A DNA stretch of 64,000 bases from Deferribacterales bacterium. GTDB lineage: Bacteria; Chrysiogenota; Deferribacteres; Deferribacterales; Geovibrionaceae. Below the pieces are notes generated by a model, which was not told the DNA's origin, ran no database searches, and worked only from the letters and a program-made list of their open reading frames with translations. Each line of letters opens with the position of its first letter. Positions within the stretch are counted from its first letter, which is position 1. Location of the stretch: positions 19,137-83,136 of the forward strand of contig JBFWJS010000005.1 of NCBI GenBank assembly GCA_050253075.1, read 5' to 3'. The translations under genes and the position numbers were made by a program. Of the stretch, positions 50,319 through 60,414 are shown in pieces.

Positions 50319-51128
50319 TTACTGGATATCTTTAAGCCAGGCGTCTGTTGCGAACCACTTGTCGTAGATAGCCTGATATCTTCCGTCGCCTCTCATTTGC
50401 TTCATCATGTTGTTGAGGAAGTTCATGAAGTCAGGGTCGCCCTTTCTGATAGCCCATGCGAGTGGCTCGTATGTGAATGGCTGATCAAGGAAAGTAATGC
50501 CGTTAGAGTTCTGAGCGAAGAAAAGAGCGTTGTATGGAAGGTCGTAAACGAAAGCATCTGCTTTACCGTTTTTAAGTTCCATAGCGCCTTCGAGCTCTGT
50601 CTCGAAAAGGTTGATCTTAGCTTTGCCCATGTATTTTTTAGTAGCGTAATCACCTGTTACACCGAGCTTTGTAGCGATAGTGTATTTAGGATCGTTAAGG
50701 TCTTTGTAAGATTTGACTTTGTCTTTCAGCTTGCTGCTGAGAAGGATTGTCTGACCGACAACGATGTATGGGTCAGCAAAGTTGATCTGAAGGTTTCTCT
50801 GTGGAGTAACAGTCATACCGGACATGATCATGTCGTATTTGTCTGTGAGCAGACCGGAGATGATGCCGTCCCAAGCTGTGTTAACAAGAACGAGCTTAAC
50901 ACCCATTTCTTTAGCAAGTTCGTTTGCCATATCAACGTCGAAGCCTACGATTTCGCCTTTCTTATTTTTCATTTCGAAAGGCATGTAGCCTGCTTCCATA
51001 CCGACTCTCAGCTCGCCTCTTTTGAGGATCTGGTTAAGAGTGGATTTTTCCCAGAGGGAATTGTCGTTTGCAAAAGCTGTCATAGCAGCCATAGCAAACA
51101 CGAGTAGAGTAACAACAAGTTTTTTCAT
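50319..51128 (-). CDS. Polar amino acid ABC substrate-binding protein
   Basis: Signal peptide, YMPFE, GFDVD, WDGII, GMTVTPQR. Confidence 0.95.
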   Translation of the reverse strand: MKKLVVTLLVFAMAAMTAFANDNSLWEKSTLNQILKRGELRVGMEAGYMPFEMKNKKGEIVGFDVDMANELAKEMGVKLVLVNTAWDGIISGLLTDKYDMIMSGMTVTPQRNLQINFADPYIVVGQTILLSSKLKDKVKSYKDLNDPKYTIATKLGVTGDYATKKYMGKAKINLFETELEGAMELKNGKADAFVYDLPYNALFFAQNSNGITFLDQPFTYEPLAWAIRKGDPDFMNFLNNMMKQMRGDGRYQAIYDKWFATDAWLKDIQ

Positions 51129-51143
51129 ATTACAAATGCCTCC

Positions 51144-51305
51144 TTAGCATGATTTGCCTTCTTCAAGTATCTCGTGGATATTCATAGTGATGTTATGCAC
51201 GGGACACTTCGGTATCTGTTCTTTAGGGATATATACGATCTCGGTATGATCGCACTTAGGACACTTCACCTCGACCATCGTATTCTTCTCTTTTTGTGAT
51301 GACAT
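51144..51305 (-). CDS. Small zinc-ribbon-like protein (about 53 aa) leading the amino acid ABC operon
   Basis: CPKC...CPVH pairs; ATG at 51305 is preceded by GGGAG; the stop is followed by the Shine-Dalgarno of the binding-protein gene. Confidence 0.65.
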   Translation of the reverse strand: MSSQKEKNTMVEVKCPKCDHTEIVYIPKEQIPKCPVHNITMNIHEILEEGKSC

Positions 51306-51523
51306 AGAGTACTCCCTTGATTTGCGCAAAATCTTATTTTAAGAAAAAGTAACAAAAAAATAAAGTTAAATGTTAACTTTCCCTATATATTATAATTTAA
51401 TTATCTTATTTCGCACATAAAAGTACAATAATTCCAATAGATAGTTATACTGTAAAATCAAAAGTGTTCAGCTTTATTGAACTTTCGTCCATTTGAAATT
51501 AAACGGCTTTCCACGGGAGCGGA

Positions 51524-52525
51524 CTATATCAATGCCAGCAGAGCCTTTACGTCCTCTTCCTTCGTGGCGAACGAACACATAAAACGGCAGAGGTTTGTCT
51601 CTTCGTTCCATACATAAAAGCCGAAATCAGTCATAAGCCTGTCTATAACGTCCTGCGGAAGATATACGAACACTCCGTTGCTGTTAACAGGATAGCCGAA
51701 TTTAAAGCCTGCCTTTGTAAAACCTTCCGAGAGCATCAGCGCCATATCATTGGCATGTCTGGCGTTTTCCCTCCAGATACCGTCTCTGAGGTATGGTATA
51801 AACTGCGCAGAGAGGAATCGCATCTTGGAAAACAGCTGCATCCCCTGCTTGCGGTAATACTTCATATTTTCTGCCACTGCGGGGTTTAGCACTATGACAG
51901 CCTCGCCCATCACCATGCCGTTCTTCGTACCTCCAAAAGACACAATGTCCGCACCCTTCACTGCATCCGCAAGGGAGCACTTAAGGTGTACGGCGGCATT
52001 AGCCAGCCTCGAGCCGTCGATATGCAGCAGCATATTATTCTTTTTGGCAAATGCGGAAATCTCCGCTATCTCTTTCTGTGTGTATGCTACGCCTGTCTCA
52101 GTCACCTGAGATATGGATATGACATAGGGCTGTGTGTGGTGTTCAAACCCGACAGAATGAAGGAGCGGTTCGATATCTTTCACACTCAGCTTGCCTGTCT
52201 CAGTCCTTACACCTGTCAGTTTGCTGGATAAAAATCTCTCCGGCGCACCGCATTCGTCTACGTTGATATGCGCAGTCTCCGCACACACCACCGACTGATA
52301 AGGAGCAAGCACCGACGACAGGGCTATTACATTCGCTCCCGTACCCGTCAAAACGGGATAAAACTGTGCATCTTCACCAAATTCCATCTGTATTATCTGG
52401 GACGCCTCAGACGTCCATTCATCATATCCGTAAGATAGCTCAAAGCCCTCGTTTGCTTCGGTCATTGCTTTTAAAATCCGCTCGTCTGCACCCGCAGTAT
52501 TATCACTCATAAATGCTTCGTTCAT
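51524..52525 (-). CDS. ltaE: Low-specificity L-threonine aldolase
   Basis: SDN, YG.D, GTGAN, HINVDECGAPE, HIDGSR, SFGGTKNG (PLP lysine). Confidence 0.9.
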   Translation of the reverse strand: MNEAFMSDNTAGADERILKAMTEANEGFELSYGYDEWTSEASQIIQMEFGEDAQFYPVLTGTGANVIALSSVLAPYQSVVCAETAHINVDECGAPERFLSSKLTGVRTETGKLSVKDIEPLLHSVGFEHHTQPYVISISQVTETGVAYTQKEIAEISAFAKKNNMLLHIDGSRLANAAVHLKCSLADAVKGADIVSFGGTKNGMVMGEAVIVLNPAVAENMKYYRKQGMQLFSKMRFLSAQFIPYLRDGIWRENARHANDMALMLSEGFTKAGFKFGYPVNSNGVFVYLPQDVIDRLMTDFGFYVWNEETNLCRFMCSFATKEEDVKALLALI

Positions 52526-52593
52526 TTGTGTCTCCGTGGAATAATTAAAGGATGATTGTAGCAGAAACTATCGGATTTGGAAAGTTGGCGAAT

Positions 52594-52620
52594 AAAAAAA
52601 GGCGGTCCGAAAACCGCCTT
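52594..52620 (-). terminator. Terminator after the MCP gene
   Basis: A7 tract plus AAGGCGGT/ACCGCCTT stem. Confidence 0.75.
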
Positions 52621-52626
52621 AAAAAT

Positions 52627-54270
52627 TTAAACTTTGAACCTGCTCACCAGGTCGGACAGGCCTTCCGTCTGAGACTGAAGATCCGTAATGGTCTTTGTGA
52701 CCTCGCTGATGGCTACGTTACTCTGGTCGAGACCGTTGCTGAGGGTCTGGACATTGTCGTTGATGTTGTAAATGGCGCTGTTCTGCTCATTTACGGCTGT
52801 TTCGATCTGAAGGCTGGATTCTGCGATAAGGTTAACCGCATTGGTCACAACCTCGAACATCTCCCTTACGTTGTTTATCTTAACAACGCCGTGCTCAACC
52901 TTTGAACTTGCTTCGCCCATGTTTTTAGATGCGACGGCAGATTCGTTCTGAAGGTTTGTAATGATACCCTCGATCTCTTTGATAGCATTCTGCGAACGCT
53001 CTGCGAGCTTACGCACTTCGTCAGCGACAACTGCGAATCCGCGTCCCTGATCACCTGCTCTGGCTGCCTCGATGGCTGCGTTAAGAGCGAGAAGGTTCGT
53101 CTGGTCTGCGATGTCGTTTATCACGTTAAGGATGCCGCCTATCTCGTTAGATGAATTACTGAGCTGGTCTATCGTCCTGTTAAGGTCGGCAACGCCGTCT
53201 TTGATAGCCATCATGCTGTTAACACCGTCCTGCAGCATGACTTTACCGTCGCTGATGGATCTATTCGCCTCGTCTGCTCTGCCTGAAACCTCTTTAACAG
53301 AGAGTCCGACTTCCTCTGCGGATGTACTCATCTCTTCTGTAGCAGAAGCTATTGTAGCGAGCTGTGTCGTCTGCTCGTTAAAGTTTAGCGAAAGCTCTTC
53401 GGAAGCTGCAGAAAGCTGTGTATTACCCGATGAAATGCTCTCAGAGTTTGACCTGACGGTACTGATTATCGAGTGAAGTTTTTCTATAAAGTCGTTGAAG
53501 TAAAGAGCCAGAAGCCCTATCTCGTCGCCTGACTTCACAGGGAGCTTTGCTGTAAGGTCACCCTCTCCCTCGGACAGTGTTTTAAGAACATCTGTAGCAG
53601 AGGTAAGGTTTGACACTATGGATGCGGCCATCCTGTTTCCGATGATAAAAGCCGCCGCAACCCCCACAAATATCAGAGCCATAAACATATATAAGGTAGA
53701 GCTGAATGCACTTTTGGAATTGTCGCTCTCTTTCTGTGCGTTATTAAGGCTGATCTCTGTCAGCTTGTCTATGCTGTCTCTTGCTGTTTCGAAAAGATTG
53801 TATGTTTCACCGAAAGACATATCCGCAGCGGTTTTTCTCGCTTCGGGAGTGTTCTCTTTTACAAGAGCAATGATCTTTTCTGACGATCTTTTCCAAGCAT
53901 TAAAATCTGCGTAGAATTTCTTGATCAAAGCATTATCAGGCTCTTTGAAAAGTTTTTCAAACTTCTGAAAACGCTGATATACCTGATCTGTGTTTGTTGT
54001 GTAATCATCCATAAAGCCTTTGAATGACTCTGCCTTCGCATCTGTGACGAGAAGCGCTCTTTCGGCTATCAGCATCTGGTGATAGTCCCTGTCTGCTTCG
54101 ATCAGATAGTCAATGGACGGAAGCTCTTTTTCAAAAATATTATTAAGATGACTATAAATACTATTCAGCCCGATATATCCGGACAGGCCGTTAGCGACTA
54201 TCATCACGATCATAACACTGAACGCGATGTAGAGCTTAGTACGAAGGGACATTTTGATCTGCTTCTGCAT
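52627..54270 (-). CDS. Methyl-accepting chemotaxis protein (four-helix-bundle sensor)
   Basis: Two TM helices, HAMP (GDLT...DEIG), [20 protein letters not shown]. Confidence 0.95.
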   Translation of the reverse strand: MQKQIKMSLRTKLYIAFSVMIVMIVANGLSGYIGLNSIYSHLNNIFEKELPSIDYLIEADRDYHQMLIAERALLVTDAKAESFKGFMDDYTTNTDQVYQRFQKFEKLFKEPDNALIKKFYADFNAWKRSSEKIIALVKENTPEARKTAADMSFGETYNLFETARDSIDKLTEISLNNAQKESDNSKSAFSSTLYMFMALIFVGVAAAFIIGNRMAASIVSNLTSATDVLKTLSEGEGDLTAKLPVKSGDEIGLLALYFNDFIEKLHSIISTVRSNSESISSGNTQLSAASEELSLNFNEQTTQLATIASATEEMSTSAEEVGLSVKEVSGRADEANRSISDGKVMLQDGVNSMMAIKDGVADLNRTIDQLSNSSNEIGGILNVINDIADQTNLLALNAAIEAARAGDQGRGFAVVADEVRKLAERSQNAIKEIEGIITNLQNESAVASKNMGEASSKVEHGVVKINNVREMFEVVTNAVNLIAESSLQIETAVNEQNSAIYNINDNVQTLSNGLDQSNVAISEVTKTITDLQSQTEGLSDLVSRFKV

Positions 54271-54598
54271 ATGCTCACCCCGTTAACAAGGAATTAAAAA
54301 AAATATACTACATGTGCCTATACATAGTTAATATATAATTATTTAACTCAAAAAACAATTTTTAATTAGAGCGATAATTACAATTTGGAAACAATTTATT
54401 TAAAATAAAAATTTTTCTAATTCGGACTCATGGATAAATTGAACAAAAAAGGACTCGCCAAATCTCACCAAGTCACAGTTAAATAATTAATATAAAAGAT
54501 AAAATTTACTTTGTCATTTACCTTTACATTGTATACAAAAAACATTAAAATTGATTGTTTTGTTTGGTTTTAATAAACCATCAGGAGGTTTGTAAAAA

Positions 54599-55828
54599 AT
54601 GCAGGAAAGTTTTTTTAAAACATTGATCCTCGGCGTTCAGATGCTCTTCGTAGCTTTCGGCGCACTGGTGCTCGTGCCGCTTCTCACAGGGCTCGACCCG
54701 TCTATCGCACTCTTCACAGCGGGTGCAGGTACTATTCTTTTCCAGATAATAACAAAGAGAATGGTGCCGGTATTCCTTGCCAGCTCATTCGCATTCATCG
54801 CACCTATATCTTTCGGTGTGAAAGAATTCGGTATAGCTGCAACACTCGGCGGTCTCGCTTGTGCGGGTCTCGCTTATCTCGTTTTCTCAGCTATGGTGAA
54901 GGTCGGTGGTGTCGAAGCTATTGAAAAATATCTTCCGTCTATCGTGACAGGTCCGGTGATCATGGTTATCGGTCTTAACCTTGCTCCTGTTGCCGTTAAC
55001 ATGGCAAAGAGCTTCGACGGTTCAGGCAACTACAACGGGAAAGCGATGCTCATCGCCGTTGTCTCACTCCTTACTGCCGTCATCACAGTCACATACGGAA
55101 AGAAGATATTCAGCCTCATACCTATCCTTACGGGTATCGTCGTAGGATACGTCTTTTCCCTTATACTCGGAGTAGTCAGCTTCCAGCCTATCACAGATGC
55201 GGCATGGTTTGCTGTTCCATGGGTTGCAGCTATGGAGGCAGGCACATATGCAGTACCTGTTTTCGATATAGCAGCTATCCTCTACATCGTTCCTGTTGCT
55301 ATAGCACCTGCTATTGAGCATGTCGGCGACGTTCTCGCTATCTCAGGCGTTACAGGAAAGAACTATCTCAAAGAACCCGGTCTCCACAGAACACTGCTCG
55401 GCGACGGTGTGGCAACATCATTCGCAGCACTTCTCGGCGGACCTCCTAACACTACTTACTCAGAGGTTACAGGCGCAGTGGCACTTACAAAGGCTTTCAA
55501 CCCTATGTACATGTCAATAGCCGCTGTCACAGCAATCGTTCTCGCCTTCGTGGGCAAGCTCGGCGCTGTGCTTAAGACTATCCCTGTACCCGTTATGGGC
55601 GGTATCATGATCCTGCTTTTCGGTATGATCGCAGCGATAGGTATCAGCTCACTCGTTCGTGACAAAGTAGACTTTTCAAAGTCCCGCAACCTCATCATAG
55701 CATCCGTTATCCTCGTCGTAGGTATCGGTAACCTCTCATTCACAATGGGCAAGGTTACTCTCGGCGGTATCGGTCTTGCAGGTATCGTGGGCGTAGTACT
55801 TAATCTTATTCTTCCAAAGGAGAAGTAA
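54599..55828 (+). CDS. uraA: Uracil permease (NCS2 family)
   Basis: [34 protein letters not shown]; adjacent to upp. Confidence 0.92.
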   Translation: MQESFFKTLILGVQMLFVAFGALVLVPLLTGLDPSIALFTAGAGTILFQIITKRMVPVFLASSFAFIAPISFGVKEFGIAATLGGLACAGLAYLVFSAMVKVGGVEAIEKYLPSIVTGPVIMVIGLNLAPVAVNMAKSFDGSGNYNGKAMLIAVVSLLTAVITVTYGKKIFSLIPILTGIVVGYVFSLILGVVSFQPITDAAWFAVPWVAAMEAGTYAVPVFDIAAILYIVPVAIAPAIEHVGDVLAISGVTGKNYLKEPGLHRTLLGDGVATSFAALLGGPPNTTYSEVTGAVALTKAFNPMYMSIAAVTAIVLAFVGKLGAVLKTIPVPVMGGIMILLFGMIAAIGISSLVRDKVDFSKSRNLIIASVILVVGIGNLSFTMGKVTLGGIGLAGIVGVVLNLILPKEK

Positions 55829-56463
55829 TGGAATTCAAAAATTTCAGCGTAGTAAAGCACCCGCTCATAGAGCACAAACTTACTATCATCCGTGACAAAA
55901 ACACCTCTAAAAAGGAGTTCAAAGAGCTCGTGGATGAGGTCGCAATGCTTATGGCTTATGAGATCACAAAGGATTTCCCGCTTGAAGAGGTGGAGATCGA
56001 AACACCTATGGGAAAAACAAAGGCAAAGATGGTTTCGGGTAAAAAGGTAGCCCTCGTGCCTATCCTCCGTGCAGGACTCGGCATGATAGACGGCTTTCTT
56101 AAGCTCATGCCTTCTGCCAGAGTCGGACACATCGGACTCTACAGAGACGAAGAAACACTTCAGCCTGTTTCATATTATTTCAAGGTTCCGCCTAATTCCG
56201 AAGACAGGGACTTCATACTGATAGACCCTATGCTGGCCACAGGCGGTTCAGCCATAGCTGCAGCCAACAAGCTGAAATCAGAAGGAATAAAGAACATCAA
56301 GTTTATGTGCCTCATCGCTGCCCCTGAGGGCGTAAAGGCATTCTGCGAAGCACACCCCGACATTCAGGTGTATGCTGCGGGACTCGATGAAAAACTGAAC
56401 GAGATAGGCTACATCGTCCCCGGGCTCGGCGACGCAGGTGACCGTCTCTTCGGGACTAAGTAA
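55828..56463 (+). CDS. upp: Uracil phosphoribosyltransferase
   Basis: [43 protein letters not shown]. Confidence 0.97.
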   Translation: MEFKNFSVVKHPLIEHKLTIIRDKNTSKKEFKELVDEVAMLMAYEITKDFPLEEVEIETPMGKTKAKMVSGKKVALVPILRAGLGMIDGFLKLMPSARVGHIGLYRDEETLQPVSYYFKVPPNSEDRDFILIDPMLATGGSAIAAANKLKSEGIKNIKFMCLIAAPEGVKAFCEAHPDIQVYAAGLDEKLNEIGYIVPGLGDAGDRLFGTK

Positions 56464-56620
56464 TCTAGATTATTTTTTCATCCGTGAAAAAATAATTTGG
56501 TCGGATACTGCAACACGTTGCACCTATCCTCCCGCTTCGCGGTTTCCATCCGTGGAAACTGTAATCTAGCGATGCACATCCATGTGCATTTAACGTCATC
56601 CTGAGTAAAACGAAGGATCT
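56460..56620. repeat. Cluster of hairpins with a constant CA-TCCR-TG apex and unrelated stems; candidate structured RNA or REP-like element
   Basis: Hairpins at 56469-56496, 56542-56559 and 56572-56589; 9-bp direct repeat GTAATCTAG (56460 and 56561); GTCATCCTGAG...GAAGGATCT unit at 56595-56620. Confidence 0.7.
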
Positions 56621-56648
56621 GACAAAAGAACAGTTGAATAAAACATAT

Positions 56649-56677
56649 AAAGGCGGTTCGAAAGAGCCGCCTTTTTT
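56649..56677 (+). terminator. Terminator of uraA-upp
   Basis: AAAGGCGG/CCGCCTTT stem plus T tract. Confidence 0.8.
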
Positions 56678-56731
56678 ATTTACATAAACAGAGCTCAGGC
56701 GGATAATATACTCATCGAAAGGAGTAACCGT

Positions 56732-57235
56732 ATGATAATCCGTGATGCATCAGAAGCAGACCTCCCCTCCATATTAGAAATATATAACGATGCCGTGGTA
56801 AACACCGATGCCATATGGAATGAAAAGACCGTAGACATCGAAAACAGGCGTAAATGGCTGAAATCCCACGCAGACGCAGGGCTTCCTATCATTGTAGCCG
56901 TGGACGACGACGGAATACTATGCGGATACGCTTCACTCAGCGAATGGAGACCTTTCGAAGGATACAGACACACCGTGGAAAACTCTGTCTATGTAAACAA
57001 ACATAAAAGAGGCAAAGGAACAGGCAGGATATTAATGCAGGAGCTGATAAAACGTGCATCAGAGCTGAACATGCACGCCATAGTCGCAGGGATAGAGGCA
57101 GAAAATGCCGCATCCATAAAACTGCACGAACAGCTCGGATTTAAAACAGCAGGAAAGCTGGACGAGGTCGGCATAAAGCACGGCAGATGGCTGGACCTTG
57201 TCTTCATGGTATTACTGCTGAAAAACGAAGATTAA
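56732..57235 (+). CDS. GNAT N-acetyltransferase (phosphinothricin/methionine-sulfoximine acetyltransferase-like)
   Basis: IYNDAV, YRHTVENSVYV, RGKGTG, NAASIKLH, GRWLD. Confidence 0.9.
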   Translation: MIIRDASEADLPSILEIYNDAVVNTDAIWNEKTVDIENRRKWLKSHADAGLPIIVAVDDDGILCGYASLSEWRPFEGYRHTVENSVYVNKHKRGKGTGRILMQELIKRASELNMHAIVAGIEAENAASIKLHEQLGFKTAGKLDEVGIKHGRWLDLVFMVLLLKNED

Positions 57236-57246
57236 AGAGGGAAAAG

Positions 57247-57975
57247 ATGAAAGTATTTGTAACAGGAGCTACAGCAGGATTCGGCGAAGCGATAGCAAAG
57301 AGATTCGCCAAAGAAGGACACACGGTCATAGCCGCAGGCAGACGTAAAGAACGCCTTGAGAAGCTCGCATCAGAGATAAACTGTGAAACCGTGGTGCTCG
57401 ATGTCACAGATAAAGATGCCGTCTTTGAAACCTTTAAAAAATATACCGACATAGACGTTCTGGTGAATAATGCAGGGCTGGCACTCGGGCTGGAACCCGC
57501 ACATCAGACAAACATCGAAGACTGGGAAAACATGGTGGATACAAATATAAAAGGGCTGATCTACTGTGCACGTGCAGCACTCCCCGCTATGGTCGAAAGG
57601 AAAAAAGGGCATATCATAAGCATAGGCTCCATAGCAGGAAGCTGGCCCTACCCTGGCGGAAACGTATACGGAAGCACAAAGGCATTCGTACAGCAGTTCG
57701 CAAGGAACATCCGCACCGACCTCGCAGGCACCAACGTACGCAGTACAAACATAGAACCAGGGATGGCGGAAACAGAGTTTTCCCTCGTGAGATTTAAAGG
57801 GGATAAGGAAAAATCAGATAACCTTTATAAGAATGCTCACCCGCTGACTCCCGAGGACATTGCAGAGTCCGTGTATTGGGTCGCCACACTCCCTCAGCAC
57901 GTGAATATAAATACGCTGGAGATAATGCCGACATCACAGTCGTGGGCAGCACTTAATGTACACAGGGAGCAATAA
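57247..57975 (+). CDS. SDR oxidoreductase (YdfG-like NADP-dependent 3-hydroxy acid dehydrogenase)
   Basis: TGATAGFG, NNAGLALG, YGSTK, EPGMAETEFS. Confidence 0.88.
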   Translation: MKVFVTGATAGFGEAIAKRFAKEGHTVIAAGRRKERLEKLASEINCETVVLDVTDKDAVFETFKKYTDIDVLVNNAGLALGLEPAHQTNIEDWENMVDTNIKGLIYCARAALPAMVERKKGHIISIGSIAGSWPYPGGNVYGSTKAFVQQFARNIRTDLAGTNVRSTNIEPGMAETEFSLVRFKGDKEKSDNLYKNAHPLTPEDIAESVYWVATLPQHVNINTLEIMPTSQSWAALNVHREQ

Positions 57976-58854
57976 CTAAGCCTTTCGTGTGTCTCTGAAA
58001 AGCTGCATCATATACAGTGCGACACCTATCCAGATGAAGACGAAGATGGTAATCTTCCCCGTGCCTAAAGGCTCGCCGAATACGAAAACGCCGATGAAGA
58101 ATGTTATGGTCGGTGATATATACTGAAGCGTGCCCAATGTGCCAAGACGTATCCTCGACGCACCCGCAACATAAAGCAGCAGAGGCACGGATGTCATCAC
58201 CCCTGTACCTAAGAGCAGAAGAGTCTTCGGAGTGTCTGATAGGAATGCCCCGCCACCGCCAGCATGCACATACCCCAGATACGCAAGGGTAAAAGGCATA
58301 AGGATAGCCGCCTCTATGAACAGCCCGGGCAGAGGCTTCACATGCACCTTTTTACGAAAAAGACCGTAAAAGCCAAAGCTGACCGCAAGCAGGAAAGCAA
58401 CATAAGGAAACTTTCCATACCCAACGGCCCCTATCAGGATACCCGCCATAGCAAAGCCGACTGCGGGTTTCATAAGCCCCCTGACCTCTTCCTTTAGAAA
58501 GATATAGCCGAGCAGGATGCTCACCATAGGGCACATGAAGTAACCGAGGCTGGTCTCTATCACCCGATCGTGATTCACCGCCCATATATATAAAAACCAG
58601 TTAAAACCTATCAAAAGCCCCGACCCCATCATAAGCATCAGCGTGCGCCTGTCGGAGAGAACCTCCCACAGCTCAGACATTCGCCTCTGCACAAGCAGGA
58701 TAAGGAATACGAACACAACAGACCATACGACACGATGGGATAAAACTTCCTCGGAAGGTACGCTGTGAAGGAGTCTCCAGTATAGCGGGAGTGTGCCCCA
58801 GCAGATGAACGCAAGTGCTGCGTATCTGAAACCGGCTGAATTTTCGTTTGTCAT
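57976..58854 (-). CDS. rarD: EamA family transporter RarD
   Basis: WGTLPLYW, HRVVWS, NWFLYIWAV, SLGYF, QYISPT. Confidence 0.9.
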   Translation of the reverse strand: MTNENSAGFRYAALAFICWGTLPLYWRLLHSVPSEEVLSHRVVWSVVFVFLILLVQRRMSELWEVLSDRRTLMLMMGSGLLIGFNWFLYIWAVNHDRVIETSLGYFMCPMVSILLGYIFLKEEVRGLMKPAVGFAMAGILIGAVGYGKFPYVAFLLAVSFGFYGLFRKKVHVKPLPGLFIEAAILMPFTLAYLGYVHAGGGGAFLSDTPKTLLLLGTGVMTSVPLLLYVAGASRIRLGTLGTLQYISPTITFFIGVFVFGEPLGTGKITIFVFIWIGVALYMMQLFRDTRKA

Positions 58855-59507
58855 ACTACGGTCAGCTGGCGTCCGTTATCTAACGGAGAAATGTTTAAGA
58901 TAAAAGATGCGGCTCTCTTCACCCAGCTTTCGGGTGATTCCGCTCCGCTCCCCTCGCCATAGATGCTCTTTGCCATATCTGTATCTATGAATCCCGGGTT
59001 CAGGCTGACCACTGCCATGCCTGCGGGAACCTCTTTCGCCATTGCCATGCTCATCCCCTCCACCGCATACTTCGATGCGCAGTAAGGAGCCACATGGGCG
59101 GATGTCGTACGTCCCCAGCCTGAGCTGAAGTTGACGACTATCCCGCTCTTAGCCATAGCCATAGCAGGGAAAAAAGCCTTTATCATATTAAATGTGCCTG
59201 TCACATTTGTATTTATAAGAGATGAGAAAGCCTCGGGATCTATCTCCCAGAGGTTTGCGGCCTTGTTCATGAGTGCGGCATTATTAACGAGAAAATACGG
59301 CACACCCATATCTGTCATGACCTTCCTTGCGAATTTCTCGACAGATGGGAAGTCGGACACGTTCACAGCCTCGCAGATGCTCAGACCACGGGGGCCTTTC
59401 CCCAAACGGCTGCACCCTGCGACAGAGTAGCCCGCATCACAGAACTTTTCCGCCAGTTGATACCCGAGCCCTTGAGAGACACCGGATATAACTATCTTTT
59501 TATCCAT
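58851..59507 (-). CDS. SDR family oxidoreductase
   Basis: SGVSQGLG, NNAA, SSGWG, YCASK, NPG. Start placed at MDKK. Confidence 0.88.
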   Translation of the reverse strand: MDKKIVISGVSQGLGYQLAEKFCDAGYSVAGCSRLGKGPRGLSICEAVNVSDFPSVEKFARKVMTDMGVPYFLVNNAALMNKAANLWEIDPEAFSSLINTNVTGTFNMIKAFFPAMAMAKSGIVVNFSSGWGRTTSAHVAPYCASKYAVEGMSMAMAKEVPAGMAVVSLNPGFIDTDMAKSIYGEGSGAESPESWVKRAASFILNISPLDNGRQLTVV

Positions 59508-60222
59508 TCCATACCTCTCCGAGGCAGTTGCATACCTCACCCGAGTATACACCTAAAAGATACTTGTCTCCGTCCTTTTCAGCTTTCACCGTCACTTCCT
59601 TCACGTCGGGCATTATCTCATGCACGTATGAGAGGCTGACAAAGCTGTTCTCCAGCTTATAGCCCATCTTAGACAGGGCAGTATCGAGGAACTGTCCGTA
59701 TGTGACGTTGCTGACGTGTCCGTTTACGTCATAGTCTGACGGTCTCAGAGTCAGCTTAAGGGACTGCGCATCAGCGGACGGCTCTTTAAAAGTGAGGCTC
59801 TGCACCATATCGTCAAATACGGGCACGTCCTCGCTGTCGTATGTTTCTATCATATCCGCAGTCGGGCGGACGGGGCGTCTCTTTTCTATGTTCAGATATA
59901 TCCAGATGCTGCTTCCTGTCACGCACTTCTCTCCGTCGGCATAGAGCTCATAGTTTCTGAATCCTTTGAACTTGTCTATCCCTCTGGACCACGTCTTCAC
60001 CTTCAGCCTCTGTTTAAAGTCAGGCAGCTTATCGGCTTTGAACATATTTTTGTTGTGCATCCATATATTTCCGCACCCCATGAAGCTCTCTGTGGAGTAT
60101 CCTATGCTTTCGGAATGATATATGGCAGCCTCCTGAAATATCTTCAGAATGCTGTCCAGACGGAGGAACCCGTCTTTGTCGTAATCTGCTATATCGAAAT
60201 GTCTGTCAAATTCGTAGAACAT
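59500..60222 (-). CDS. Acyl-ACP thioesterase family protein
   Basis: FQEAA..H, KTW, SDYDVNGHVSN double hot-dog motifs. Confidence 0.88.
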   Translation of the reverse strand: MFYEFDRHFDIADYDKDGFLRLDSILKIFQEAAIYHSESIGYSTESFMGCGNIWMHNKNMFKADKLPDFKQRLKVKTWSRGIDKFKGFRNYELYADGEKCVTGSSIWIYLNIEKRRPVRPTADMIETYDSEDVPVFDDMVQSLTFKEPSADAQSLKLTLRPSDYDVNGHVSNVTYGQFLDTALSKMGYKLENSFVSLSYVHEIMPDVKEVTVKAEKDGDKYLLGVYSGEVCNCLGEVWNG

Positions 60223-60240
60223 ACCTTATTAGTCTCCTCA

Positions 60241-60382
60241 AAAAGCCCGTCGTGGGCTTTTTTCGCTATCGCATATGCACAGCAAGCAGTACAATGCTCC
60301 CACTCTGCTGAAACCTGCGCAGGCAGAGCCCGCTGCGGTTCGCTCCGTGCACCTCATCCTGAGGTGTAGATCTCATTTCAGC
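60241..60382. repeat. Structured intergenic element with nested hairpins, including a CA-TCC-TG apex hairpin
   Basis: AAAAGCCC/GGGCTTTT; CTCTGC...GCAGAG; GCTGAAA...TTTCAGC; TGCACCTCA-tcc-TGAGGTGTA (60348-60368). Confidence 0.55.
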
Positions 60383-60414
60383 TCGGAATTACACCGACAA
60401 GTTTAGTTATAGCA

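Noticed and set aside
50256..51107. 283-aa antisense ORF
   Set aside because: Shadow of the amino-acid binding-protein gene.
56460..56620. CRISPR array
   Set aside because: There are no identical 25-40 bp repeats with regular spacers and no cas genes; only the hairpin apex is conserved.
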